From positions 74,709 through 138,708 of the forward strand of contig JAWAFZ010000001.1 in assembly GCA_038890155.1 (NCBI GenBank): a DNA stretch of 64,000 nt, given 5' to 3'. Origin of the DNA: Candidatus Caldarchaeum sp. GTDB lineage: Archaea > Thermoproteota > Nitrososphaeria_A > Caldarchaeales > Caldarchaeaceae. The notes under the pieces were generated by a model, which saw only the letters and a list, made by a program, of their open reading frames with translations, made no database searches and was not told the origin of the DNA. Shown here piece by piece: positions 35,711 through 44,396 of the stretch. Every line of letters begins with the position of its first letter. Position 1 is the first letter of the stretch. Position numbers and translations under genes: made by a program.

Positions 35711-37092
35711 TCGGCCACAAGGACTCTCAAGTCCTCAACCCATTTGCCGAACTCTTTCCTAAACCTATCGACGAGGTTGTCGACCATCATCCTCATCCTG
35801 CCGACGACCACGAAGTCGGCGTCGCCGTAGACCTCGTCCACCGACTCAACGTCCTCCCATCCACGCAGCTGGTTGAGGATGGGCTGCGGGTCGAGCTGCG
35901 GGTTTAGCTTGGCCAGCAGGTAGACCTTCTCCCCCCTTAGATACTTTTCAACGGCGTGGGGGTCTACCTCGACCCCTAGGCTTTCTCGCAGGACTTCTCT
36001 AAGCTCGGCCAGGGTTAAGCCCCCGTTCTTCTCCCTCGACTTCTTGGCGAGGGCTTCGGTCGCAGCCCGGACACGTGGGTCGTTGAAATCCATGCCTGTA
36101 ATCGTGGCCACGAGGCGGTGGCTCGTGTACATGCCCACGTGGAAGATGGGGGTGCCGAAGTCGTGCTCCAGCTTTTTTGAGGGGATGTATCCCTCCGGCT
36201 TAGCCACAGCCATGGCTTGATGAACTCCCGCCCTCAGCGTCTTGGCTTCCTCCGACAAAGGATGCCGCCAAGGAATCCTAACACCCGTCGCCCTGCTGAA
36301 ATAGCTGTACAGGGGGGCTAGCTCACTTCTGTCAACGCCCAAGCTCAGGCCATGGATGTCCTCAAGCGTGGCCACCACCTCGTAGAGGTCGGCTATGCCG
36401 TTCCTGTCGCCCACGCCCATTATCGTGGTGTGGGCTTCCGCGACTCCTTCGAGTATCGATTGGACTGTGTTGGACGAGGCCATGCCGTAGTCGTTGTGGA
36501 AGTGGGCTGCGAGGGGTGTTTCGACGGATTTTTGGAGGCTGCGAATGAACTCGGCTGCTTTTCGGGGGGATAAGAGCCCTGAAGTGTCAGGCACGCTGAC
36601 GAGGCTCGCCCCAGCCCTGCCGAGGTTGTTCACGGCGTTGACGAGCATCTCAAACTCGCCCTCGACGTAGAACCTCGAAGCATCCTCGACGGTCGCCCTC
36701 ACGTAGCGGAAGCCATGCCTCCTCGCAGCTCTCACAGATTCCGCCAGCCTTTCCAGAGCCTCCTCGTAGGTTATGCCGTGAAGCTTGTGAACCCGGTGGA
36801 TCTTCGTTGGAGATATGTAGAGGGCCACGCCGAAAGCATCGTACTTTGCAGCCGCCTCCACATCCTGCTCGACAGCCCTTCCGTGCATCACGACTTCAAC
36901 GCCTCTGTCGCCCAGCACTTCGACCACAGGCTGGATGTCCTCACGGGTTGTTCGTGGAGGATAGTCGACGGGAAGCTCAACCCTCTTGACTCCGGCATCG
37001 GCGAGCCTTCTGGCCAGCTCGACCTTCAAATCCGTCTTGAGGGGTTGGAACAGCTCCCCCTCCCTAAACGTCGAGTCAAGCAACGTTGTCAA
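35707..37092 (-). CDS. DRE-TIM metallolyase family protein (2-isopropylmalate/homocitrate/citramalate synthase-like)
   Basis: HMGL-like pyruvate-carboxyltransferase TIM barrel (TFREGE.., HFHNDYGMA, metal-binding His pair) with an about 150-aa C-terminal extension. TTG start; TATA at 37120-37130. Confidence 0.65.
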   Translation of the reverse strand: MTTLLDSTFREGELFQPLKTDLKVELARRLADAGVKRVELPVDYPPRTTREDIQPVVEVLGDRGVEVVMHGRAVEQDVEAAAKYDAFGVALYISPTKIHRVHKLHGITYEEALERLAESVRAARRHGFRYVRATVEDASRFYVEGEFEMLVNAVNNLGRAGASLVSVPDTSGLLSPRKAAEFIRSLQKSVETPLAAHFHNDYGMASSNTVQSILEGVAEAHTTIMGVGDRNGIADLYEVVATLEDIHGLSLGVDRSELAPLYSYFSRATGVRIPWRHPLSEEAKTLRAGVHQAMAVAKPEGYIPSKKLEHDFGTPIFHVGMYTSHRLVATITGMDFNDPRVRAATEALAKKSREKNGGLTLAELREVLRESLGVEVDPHAVEKYLRGEKVYLLAKLNPQLDPQPILNQLRGWEDVESVDEVYGDADFVVVGRMRMMVDNLVDRFRKEFGKWVEDLRVLVAD

Positions 37093-37119
37093 CTGAACTC
37101 GCCACGATACGCCTCACTT

Positions 37120-37130
37120 TCGTATTTATA
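37120..37130 (-). promoter_or_regulatory. TATA box for the DRE-TIM gene
   Basis: Minus-strand CTATAAATACG about 30 nt upstream of the TTG start at 37092. Confidence 0.4.
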
Positions 37131-37431
37131 GATGAGCCCATGTTATTGTTTCAGTAATTTTACTACGTTTTTCGCAGGAACTGTTGAATTTTTCGCCGAG
37201 GTTGAGCTCCATCTTTTCAGCTCCAGCATCTAATCCATTCCGAGAACCTAGAAAAGCTTCGAAACAGTGTCGACGGAGGTTTAACTTCCTGATTTCAGAC
37301 AAACCTTATCCAGTTGGGCTCAGACACCAAATTCCCCATAGCCGTCAGTTTTATGGCACCTCGCTCACGTTTGTGAGCTTTTCTAAATCCCTCCATCCGT
37401 GAGAAGGTCTCCCAACCCGGTTTTACAGTTG

Positions 37432-37791
37432 TCAGTGAGTTAACAGGCTTGTTGTCAATACTGCGAAAACGAACAACGTTATGAGAAGGAACTTGATGTT
37501 TCTTTCTGCAGCGAAGTATACGATGGACGTCAAAACCCGGCTGTACGGCGTGAAAATTAGAATGACCAAACCGGCGGTCATTAAACCTTCTGGGCCCAAA
37601 CCCTTCGAGCCGAGGTTCATGACGTAGTCAAAAAAAGTCGGCGAGCTCACCCTGAAGGACTCAGATAACTCGACTTCGCTTCCCAACGCCACGGCGTAGA
37701 AAAATATAGCTAAAGTTAGTACTGCTAGGCTTGTCAAAACCTCTGCAAGCAATAAATTTCCGAGAAATTTTTCAAGCCGACCGACTTTCAT
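37432..37791 (-). CDS. Small membrane protein (DUF1634-like), partner of the TauE/SafE gene
   Basis: 119 aa, 3-4 TM helices; overlaps the upstream TSUP gene by 4 nt. Confidence 0.5.
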   Translation of the reverse strand: MKVGRLEKFLGNLLLAEVLTSLAVLTLAIFFYAVALGSEVELSESFRVSSPTFFDYVMNLGSKGLGPEGLMTAGLVILIFTPYSRVLTSIVYFAAERNIKFLLITLFVFAVLTTSLLTH

Positions 37792-38612
37792 CCGAATAAC
37801 CCCTTCAAAAGCATCTGAACCATTATGTACAGAACAACTAATAGAAACAAAACCCGGGTGGTCCGGTTGCTTAATTTTCTTAGCACAATTGAACCGACCA
37901 TAGCGCCTAATGTTGTTCCCACAGCCATCGGAGCTGCTAAATCCAAGTAAAGCAAGCCGGAGTTGAAGTAGACACTTACCCCAGCTAAAGCTGTCATCCC
38001 GATGATTAAGTTGCTCGTTGCCGACGAAACTTTTGACGGCATTTTTAGCACTAGTTCGTGAACAGATACTTTGAAGGCCCCGGCGCCTATTCCGAGCATC
38101 CCCGCAGCGATTCCCGCCACGAGCATGCCCGCGCCCCCGAGTAAAGAGTTAGTCAGCCGGTAATGGACTTCCCTGCCGAGATGCTCGTCGAAGTACGAGT
38201 CTGAAAGGCCCAGCCATTTCGATATTCTGTCTTGCGAAACCTCTCTTGGCAACTCCTCTGCGAAGCGGCGCATGCCTATGAATGATGTTAGGAGAAAGCC
38301 TGCGAAAAATAAGTACAGCAGTCTCGGGGCTATAAATGTCGTTACAGTTGCACCGATTATTGCTCCCGTAATCGTGAACATCTCGAGAAACATCGCCGCC
38401 CTGATGTTCGATAGGCCTTTTTTCACGTACGAGGCTGACGAACCGCTTGAGGTAGCGATTATGGCGACCATACCGGCTGCTATCGCGTTCTTGATTGGGA
38501 CTCCGAGTAATGTGAGCAGAGGGGTCGTTATACTGGCTCCACCCAATCCAGTGATGGCACCTAAAAACCCCGCAAAAACAGAGAAGACGACAACTTCTTC
38601 AAGACTAACCAT
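37788..38612 (-). CDS. TauE/SafE (TSUP, DUF81) family membrane transporter
   Basis: 274 aa, an internally duplicated 4+4 TM topology with Gly-rich helices typical of the TSUP family. Confidence 0.75.
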   Translation of the reverse strand: MVSLEEVVVFSVFAGFLGAITGLGGASITTPLLTLLGVPIKNAIAAGMVAIIATSSGSSASYVKKGLSNIRAAMFLEMFTITGAIIGATVTTFIAPRLLYLFFAGFLLTSFIGMRRFAEELPREVSQDRISKWLGLSDSYFDEHLGREVHYRLTNSLLGGAGMLVAGIAAGMLGIGAGAFKVSVHELVLKMPSKVSSATSNLIIGMTALAGVSVYFNSGLLYLDLAAPMAVGTTLGAMVGSIVLRKLSNRTTRVLFLLVVLYIMVQMLLKGLFG

Positions 38613-38651
38613 TGATTGTTCGCTTTTTCGCCGGTATTTGTGTGTAGTCTT

Positions 38652-38738
38652 CGCCGGGGGTGGGATTTGAACCCACGCGGCCCGTGAAAGGCCACAGGCT
38701 CTCCAGGCCTGCCCTATACCAGGCTTAGGGACCCCGGC
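38652..38738 (-). tRNA. tRNA-Ser (anticodon GGA), type II with long variable arm
   Basis: Hand-folded cloverleaf: acceptor GCCGGGG/CCCCGGC; D-stem CCTA/TAGG; anticodon stem CAGGC/GCCTG with loop CUGGAGA; 18-nt variable arm; T-arm GTGGG-TTCAAAT-CCCAC; discriminator G. No encoded CCA. Confidence 0.85.
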
Positions 38739-38765
38739 TCTGTAGAGGATTTCTGCGGCTCGTGT

Positions 38766-39550
38766 TTATGAGGTTTTCCGCCTCAGCCCGCCCCTCCAAA
38801 CCGGGGCGTAGGTTGAGCGTGGCATGACGACTCTTACGGTGTCGACCGCAGGGCCCTCCACGGCTTCGAGCATCTCTGCGCCCGTCATCAGCGCTGTTCC
38901 GAAAGCCACAAGCTCGCTCTTCAGCGTCATGACCGCCACAAAGTCTCCCTTCCTGATCTCTGGGTCCAGCTTGCTCACGCCAACCGCCATCAAGTCAGCT
39001 CCGTGGCAAACAGCGTCTACAGCCGTGTCGAGAATGTAGACCTTCGGAAGCAGCTGGACACAGTCCTCCACGGGTCTCACCATCTTCAGAAGGGCTTCGG
39101 ATTCTCCCGACTGCTTGTACGAGGTCCAGGCCTCGTACAGGTCGAGAACAGTGTACGATTTGTTCTCCGTGAAAGGACCCGCCCTAACCCTCCTCAGCTC
39201 CTGCATGTGGGCTCCTACGCCAAGGTACTCCCCTATGTCGTGGCAGAGCTTCCTGATGTAAGTTCCGCCTGAGCAGCCCACCTTGAACAAAGCCAGCCTC
39301 CCGTCCCTTTCCAGCAGCTCGTTGTAGTAGACTGTCCTCACCCTCGGCCTCCTAGCCACAGCGGCCCTCACTGGAGGAACTTGGTAGATGTCGCCGGTGA
39401 AGAGCTCGAAAGCCTTCAGCAGCTCGTCGTCGGAGACGTCGCCGTGAAGCTCGAGCAAACCCACATACTCCTTACCGCTGTACATCAGCGCAGGAGCCGC
39501 CTTCGTCCCCTCGCCAAGCATCAGCGGAAGAACACCCGAGACAGCGGGAT
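38766..39550 (-). CDS. cbf5: tRNA/rRNA pseudouridine synthase Cbf5 (H/ACA RNP), exon 2 (TruB catalytic C-terminal part + PUA domain)
   Basis: Frame continues ...DPAVSGVLPLMLGEGTK...KEYVGLLELHGDV...; PUA domain at the C-terminus. Joins to exon 1 after removal of the 14-nt intron. Confidence 0.8.
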
Positions 39551-39564
39551 CTCCCCGAAAGACT
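39551..39564 (-). other. 14-nt bulge-helix-bulge (BHB) pre-mRNA intron in cbf5
   Basis: mRNA sense: ...GCGGGA-CCCU-AG|AGUCUUUCGGGGAG|A-UCCCGC... Outer helix GCGGGA/UCCCGC (6 bp, extendable to 9). Central 4-bp helix CCCU/GGGG. Two 3-nt AGA bulges hold both splice sites. Removal restores the GHGGTLDPAVSGVLP frame. Confidence 0.7.
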
Positions 39565-39823
39565 CTAGGGTCCCGCCGTGCCCGGCCTGAGCAAGCCCGA
39601 GCATTTTCTTGACCATGTAGGCTACTTCGTGGCTCGTCGGCCCACGGGGCTTGTCGAGGTTTACAACCCCAAGCCCGAGAAGCTCTTCAACGGACCGCTG
39701 CTCCGGGTTCTTTCCACGGCTGTAGTCGGTCTCTGCCTCACGCTTAACCTCGAGCCTTTGAGGCCTCGTCCAAGGAGGGTCAAGCCTCATACCGCTCAAC
39801 CATGTACCGCTCCAACCCAGCAT
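39565..39823 (-). CDS. cbf5: Cbf5, exon 1 (N-terminal TruB catalytic region)
   Basis: VVNLDKPRGPTSHEV...KAGHGGTL then the frame breaks; the catalytic Asp codon GA|T is split across the intron. The start may be the internal Met at 39790. Confidence 0.8.
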
Positions 39824-40058
39824 CCCTTATTGCTTTAAGGACTTCCTCGTCCGAAGCATCCCTCGGTATCTCCAGCTTCTTCGGCGTGGGAGCTAGATGC
39901 TTTACGTTGACTTTCCTCCTCCTCAGCCCAGTGAGAGGCTTGGGTCCTGTTAGAACGACGTAGCCGTCGTCAAGCACGGAGACGACAACACCTTTCGAAC
40001 CAGCATCCCTGCCCGAAAGCTTTACGCAAACCCTTCCAAGAAGATCCTCCGCAGTCAT
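39780..40058 (-). CDS. rpl14e: Ribosomal protein L14e
   Basis: KOW-like motif GRVCVKLSGRDAGSKGVVVSV; ATG at 40058 chosen over the GTG/TTG track start; 92 aa. Confidence 0.8.
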   Translation of the reverse strand: MTAEDLLGRVCVKLSGRDAGSKGVVVSVLDDGYVVLTGPKPLTGLRRRKVNVKHLAPTPKKLEIPRDASDEEVLKAIRDAGLERYMVERYEA

Positions 40059-40121
40059 GCCGCTGAAAAATAGCTCTCCGACAGCTTTTATACATAAATT
40101 AAGCAATTAGAGGCTCTGTCT

Positions 40122-40766
40122 ATGGCTGTCAAACAGGTCGTCTGCCTCTCCGGCTTCGCTGCCGTCGGCAAGTCAACAGTAGGCAGGATGCTGGCTAAGC
40201 GGATGGGGCTCCGTTATGTGTCGGGAGGCGACGCCCTCAAGGAGGTTGCGAAGATGCATGGGTTCAACCCAACTGGGCCCGGATGGTGGGAGACGCCGAA
40301 GGGCTTGGAGTTCCTAAGGCTGCGCAGCAAAGACCCCAGCTTCGACAAGAAGGTGGACAGTATGCTGCTGCGGATGTGCAGGGCTGGGGGAGTCGTCGTT
40401 GACTCGTGGGTGATGCCCTGGCTTTACGAGGGCAGGTCCTTCAACGTCTGGCTTACCGCTGACAAGAAAATCAGAGCCGTGAGGATGGCTGAGAGGAGCG
40501 GGATATCCAGGGCGAAGGCTCTGAGGCTGCTGGCTGAAAGAGACCGAAACAGCGCCAGAATATACCGGAATCTGTACGGCATAAGGATGGGAACGGACCT
40601 AGAACCCTTCCACCTCGTAGTCGACACCACGAGGCTTGAGCCCGAGAGGGTCGTCGAGATAATCGAGACAGTCGCCCGACACTACTTCACAATTTCCACT
40701 CGGCGGCGACGCCGGTCAACAACCGGTTCCTCGAGCAGGATGCGCACAAGGACCCGCCGGGCCTAG
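40122..40766 (+). CDS. cmk: Cytidylate kinase (archaeal type)
   Basis: P-loop GFAAVGKST and archaeal Cmk core. Arg-rich about 25-aa C-terminal tail produced by read-through antisense to rpl34e. Confidence 0.85.
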   Translation: MAVKQVVCLSGFAAVGKSTVGRMLAKRMGLRYVSGGDALKEVAKMHGFNPTGPGWWETPKGLEFLRLRSKDPSFDKKVDSMLLRMCRAGGVVVDSWVMPWLYEGRSFNVWLTADKKIRAVRMAERSGISRAKALRLLAERDRNSARIYRNLYGIRMGTDLEPFHLVVDTTRLEPERVVEIIETVARHYFTISTRRRRRSTTGSSSRMRTRTRRA

Positions 40767-40956
40767 AAACCCTCTTTGACGATGCACCCCGGCCGCCCCT
40801 GACTGAGACGCCGTGGACGGGTTTTCCGCAGTAGGGGCAGTGCCTCGTGGCGGAATAAGGCCTTCGGAGGTGAAGGCGTATGTTTCCGCCCGGAGTTCTA
40901 ACTTTTATCCTTACGCTGGTCCTTGTCCTGAGGCTTCTCCTCACCAACCGATACAC
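40687..40956 (-). CDS. rpl34e: Ribosomal protein L34e
   Basis: MYRLVRRSLRTRTSVRIKVRTPGG N-terminus and CPYCG zinc motif; 89 aa. Confidence 0.85.
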   Translation of the reverse strand: MYRLVRRSLRTRTSVRIKVRTPGGNIRLHLRRPYSATRHCPYCGKPVHGVSVRGGRGASSKRVSRPGGSLCASCSRNRLLTGVAAEWKL

Positions 40957-41410
40957 CCATCCCTGTGAGGCTTAGACCCATGACCTTGGAGATCGGGGAG
41001 CCTACGCCGAAGAACGAGAGGATGAACCAGCCGTAAAACCTTATCTCACCCCCGTCGGTTATGAAGGGAATGTTTAGGCCTTGAGGCGCATAGCCTACGA
41101 CGGCGTCTCCGAAGAAAGACGCCAGGAACGGGTAGACGGTGAAGAATATCATCATGCTGGCGAACATCGTCATCAGGTTCTTCTTGCTTACCTCCGCGTT
41201 GAGCTTCTGGATGTACTCCTTCCTCTTCTGAAGCTTCTGAATAGTCTTCTGGTCCTTCTTCCTCGTCGCAGCCATCAGCTCCTTGTTGAAGGCTTGGATC
41301 TCGGCCATCTTGGCGAAATCCTCTTTCTTGAAGATTATCTTCCTCAAGCCAGTCGTTGTCGCCGAAATGGCTGCAGCCATGCCTGAGATGATCATCATCT
41401 CAACTATCAC
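40898..41410 (-). CDS. DUF106 family membrane protein (archaeal YidC/Oxa1/EMC3-like insertase homologue)
   Basis: 3 TM helices with a cytoplasmic coiled-coil (KELMAATRKKDQKTIQKLQKRKEYIQKL); conserved position immediately downstream of secY. Confidence 0.7.
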   Translation of the reverse strand: MIVEMMIISGMAAAISATTTGLRKIIFKKEDFAKMAEIQAFNKELMAATRKKDQKTIQKLQKRKEYIQKLNAEVSKKNLMTMFASMMIFFTVYPFLASFFGDAVVGYAPQGLNIPFITDGGEIRFYGWFILSFFGVGSPISKVMGLSLTGMGVSVGEEKPQDKDQRKDKS

Positions 41411-41413
41411 GCG

Positions 41414-42847
41414 CTACTCGCCTCCTAGGAACCTGCCCAGAGCCGGATACATCTCTGAAAGCCTCTCCCTCATCAGGATGTTGTAGTACTGGTGAAGGAT
41501 GCCTATCATGAGCAGCAGGCCTATGCCTGTTCCGAAGACGTTAAGATAGTCGGCGACGCTGGCGACCACGCCTATCACCAACCCTCCGATTATCGTGACG
41601 GTTGAGATGTATTTACCTATGATGCTGGCGATGATGGTGGGAGACCTTCTGAAGCCAGGCACTTGCATGCCTGCGCTGATGAGCTGCTCGGCGACCTTCT
41701 CGGGCCCGAGCCCGCCGACTTGGACCCAGAACTTGGCGAACAATACTGCGAAGATTATCAGCAAACCCGCATGTACAGCGGCTCGCACAGGGTCTTCGAC
41801 GACACTCGCGAGCCCACGCGGGCCTATGACGTAGTAGGCAAGCCCGCCTGTCGGAACTAAGGTTCCTATTTCTTGGTTGTAAACATAGGTGCCTAATAGG
41901 TTGAGGAAGAAGTTCTCGTTGTTGGGGTTGAACCTGCTCCAGACTAGAGACCCCATGTAGAATATGTTGCTGAAGACCGTTGTGGCGAAGATTATCGGGA
42001 CGTTCGACACGTACAGCAGTTTGACGGGATACTTAGCACGATAGCCCTGAAACTTGGCGTACGAGATGGGGATCTCGACTCTGATGGCCTCTATGTAGAT
42101 GAGAACCAGAACTAGGAATATTGTGGAGATTAGGCCAACTATGTCAGGGTAGCCTCCCTGCCTGACCAACAGGCTTGGGAAGTTTCCGGCTAGAAGTGTC
42201 TGGAAGATCGCTAGGATGACCCCCTGGTATACGCCGTCAGCCAATATTATCGGGGAGATAAGGGAGACAAAGATCTCCTCAGCCACGCCTGCGACTATGA
42301 ACAGGCTTATCCCGCTTCCGAGCCCCCAGCCTTTCTGGACAAGCTCATCCAGCAGGATTATCAAAATCGTTGCAGCAACGAGCTGTATGAATATCAGGAC
42401 GTTCTGGGTGGTTGTTGTGGGTCCGAAAAACCCTGCGTAGACGTATGCAGCGCCTTGGAAGAGCGTGATCACGATGGCCAGCAGCTTGCTGGTCGATGTG
42501 AATAAAGCCCTGTCCTCGCTCTTCTTCAAGTCCAGCTTTATCAGCTCAGCTCCAACGAGGAGCTGGAGTATCAGCCCAGCCGTCACTATCGGCCCTATTC
42601 CTAATGTGATCAGCGTTCCCTGCTTCTGTGCGAAAACTATGTTCAGGAGCACGGGGCTCTGGCCCGTCTGCTGAGCCTGGGGCAGGCCGTAGAGGAAGGT
42701 ATGCCCCATCCAGACATAAACCACGAGCGCCAGAGCCGTCCAGGCAAGCTTCTCAGTAAGCCCTACCTTTCGGCCGGGCTTCTTTATCTCGGGTAGAATT
42801 TTAGAAGCTTTCTCGAAGAATGTTCGGACAGCGGATTGTTCACTCAT
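41414..42847 (-). CDS. secY: Preprotein translocase subunit SecY
   Basis: 10-TM SecY/Sec61-alpha signature, 477 aa; downstream of rpl15. Confidence 0.95.
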   Translation of the reverse strand: MSEQSAVRTFFEKASKILPEIKKPGRKVGLTEKLAWTALALVVYVWMGHTFLYGLPQAQQTGQSPVLLNIVFAQKQGTLITLGIGPIVTAGLILQLLVGAELIKLDLKKSEDRALFTSTSKLLAIVITLFQGAAYVYAGFFGPTTTTQNVLIFIQLVAATILIILLDELVQKGWGLGSGISLFIVAGVAEEIFVSLISPIILADGVYQGVILAIFQTLLAGNFPSLLVRQGGYPDIVGLISTIFLVLVLIYIEAIRVEIPISYAKFQGYRAKYPVKLLYVSNVPIIFATTVFSNIFYMGSLVWSRFNPNNENFFLNLLGTYVYNQEIGTLVPTGGLAYYVIGPRGLASVVEDPVRAAVHAGLLIIFAVLFAKFWVQVGGLGPEKVAEQLISAGMQVPGFRRSPTIIASIIGKYISTVTIIGGLVIGVVASVADYLNVFGTGIGLLLMIGILHQYYNILMRERLSEMYPALGRFLGGE

Positions 42848-43254
42848 GCCGTTGCCTCTCCGGGTTTGACCAGACGGCCCCCAGACTTTTCAACGATCTC
42901 GGCGGCTTTCTTGCTCCATTCTTTCACGACTATCGTTAGGGGTTTGTAGAGTTTTCCGCCTCCGATGAGTTTGTCGTAGCCCATGTTGTCCAAGTCTATC
43001 GTCCCAGCTGCCGACGACTCGGCGATTTGAGAAACCTTCAATAGGCTAACTGCTCTCTTCTCACTCTTCTCCACCGGCGTAAACCCGTCCTTGCCGAAAT
43101 AGTCCTCCGACAGCAGCTTGGTCCACTTGTGCTTGTGGCCGCCCGCCATTCCCCTGCCTCCTTTGGCTCCTGTTTTCCTGTGCTGGCCTATCTGCCCCCA
43201 TCCATGGGTTCTCGAGCCCCTGAGCTTCCTAACCTTCCTCAACCTTGTTGGCAT
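42844..43254 (-). CDS. rpl15: Ribosomal protein L15 (uL15)
   Basis: MPTRLRKVRKLRGSRTHGWG...GGRGMAGGHKHKW. Confidence 0.9.
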   Translation of the reverse strand: MPTRLRKVRKLRGSRTHGWGQIGQHRKTGAKGGRGMAGGHKHKWTKLLSEDYFGKDGFTPVEKSEKRAVSLLKVSQIAESSAAGTIDLDNMGYDKLIGGGKLYKPLTIVVKEWSKKAAEIVEKSGGRLVKPGEATA

Positions 43255-43320
43255 AGTACCACCAACACTCGTGAGCGTCTGAGTTAACGTGTCGATAGTT
43301 TGTTAATAAGTGTTTTCCAG

Positions 43321-43737
43321 CTAAATCATCCGCCTGAACAACTCGTTGATCTCTCCGCCCCTGTCCCCGTACTCGCCACCGGACTTGAAATCCCTCTTGA
43401 CAGAGCGTTTAAACCCTCCGCTCGGCGGCCTCAGCCTGAGAAGCACAGGCTTTTCCAGGCTCGACTCGCCTTTCTCAAGCTTCTCGGCCAGCTTTTCCAG
43501 CCCGCCTTCCGCCACGTACCCGGCCTTTTTCAAGAACGTGAAGATCGTCTGCTTGTTGGGCTCTCCCCACGTGAGGTATCTCTGCGCTATCCCGAGCATT
43601 CCTATAAGGGTTGGCGACGAGGGGTAAAGCCCGGCCTTGAACGCTCTGTCGAGACGCAGCGACTCGAGAGTCTTCGCGACCTCCGGGTCCAAGCCGACGT
43701 TCCCCTTAATCCTCAAAACCATCAAAACGCTGGTCAT
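43321..43737 (-). CDS. rpl30: Ribosomal protein L30 (uL30)
   Basis: ATG-initiated core (MTSVLMVLRIKGNVGLDPEVAKTLESLRL...) within the longer track ORF; 138 aa. Confidence 0.85.
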   Translation of the reverse strand: MTSVLMVLRIKGNVGLDPEVAKTLESLRLDRAFKAGLYPSSPTLIGMLGIAQRYLTWGEPNKQTIFTFLKKAGYVAEGGLEKLAEKLEKGESSLEKPVLLRLRPPSGGFKRSVKRDFKSGGEYGDRGGEINELFRRMI

Positions 43738-43739
43738 CT

Positions 43740-44396
43740 TCAAGCCATGCTCCACATGTCCTGCAAGACGATCTTGCTGGTCTGCCTGAGAGCCATGTAA
43801 GTAGCTCCTATGACCGAGAGCGAGGTTCTCGTCTCGCCGAAGCTCTTGGTCCAGCAGTCTTTTACACCGGCAAGAGACAGTATGACTTTCTGGCTCTCGC
43901 CGGCCACAAGCCCGAGGCCTCTCGGGGCTGGAAGTATCTGTACCCTCACGCTTCCATACTTTCCGTCGGTCTTGACGAGCAGGCTGTGAGGCTCGCCGCA
44001 AGCGCACTCCCAGCTTCCGCATCCCCGCCGGACTGGGATTATGTTGAGCTTAGCGTTCCTTATCGCCTTCTCGATAGCCAGCACCACTTGGGAAGACTTG
44101 CCCGTTCCAACGCCGACGTAGCCGTCCCTGTTGCCGACGACTACTAGGGCCTTGAACCGGGTTTTCTCGCCGGCGTCCGTCTGACGCTGGACGAGCTTGA
44201 CGTCAATCACCTCCTGCTCTAGGTTTGGAAGAAGCCTGTCGACTATCTCTGGCTCGAGGATCCGTGCGTGGTTCTCGAAGACCTGCTCTATCGAGGTAAT
44301 CCTTCCCTCTTCCACATACCTTCCCAGCGTCGTCCTAGGCTTCCACTCAGACACTCCCAGCTCCCCCCATGATCTTGTCCCTGACCGTCTGAACAT
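43740..44396 (-). CDS. rps5: Ribosomal protein S5 (uS5)
   Basis: dsRBD-like and S5 C-terminal domains (VVVGNRDGYVGVGTGKS). Confidence 0.95.
   Translation of the reverse strand: MFRRSGTRSWGELGVSEWKPRTTLGRYVEEGRITSIEQVFENHARILEPEIVDRLLPNLEQEVIDVKLVQRQTDAGEKTRFKALVVVGNRDGYVGVGTGKSSQVVLAIEKAIRNAKLNIIPVRRGCGSWECACGEPHSLLVKTDGKYGSVRVQILPAPRGLGLVAGESQKVILSLAGVKDCWTKSFGETRTSLSVIGATYMALRQTSKIVLQDMWSMA

Noticed and set aside
38766-39823. cbf5 as a frameshifted pseudogene or sequencing error
   Set aside because: The disruption is exactly 14 nt. Its removal restores the universally conserved GTLDP catalytic motif, and the junction folds into a textbook bulge-helix-bulge with both splice sites in 3-nt bulges. 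cbf5 BHB introns are known in Crenarchaeota, so I called it an intron.
40687-40766. Arg-rich C-terminal tail of Cmk as a functional nucleic-acid-binding extension
   Set aside because: It is exactly antisense to the Arg-codon-rich 3' end of rpl34e, so the composition is explained by read-through after the local inversion rather than by selection.
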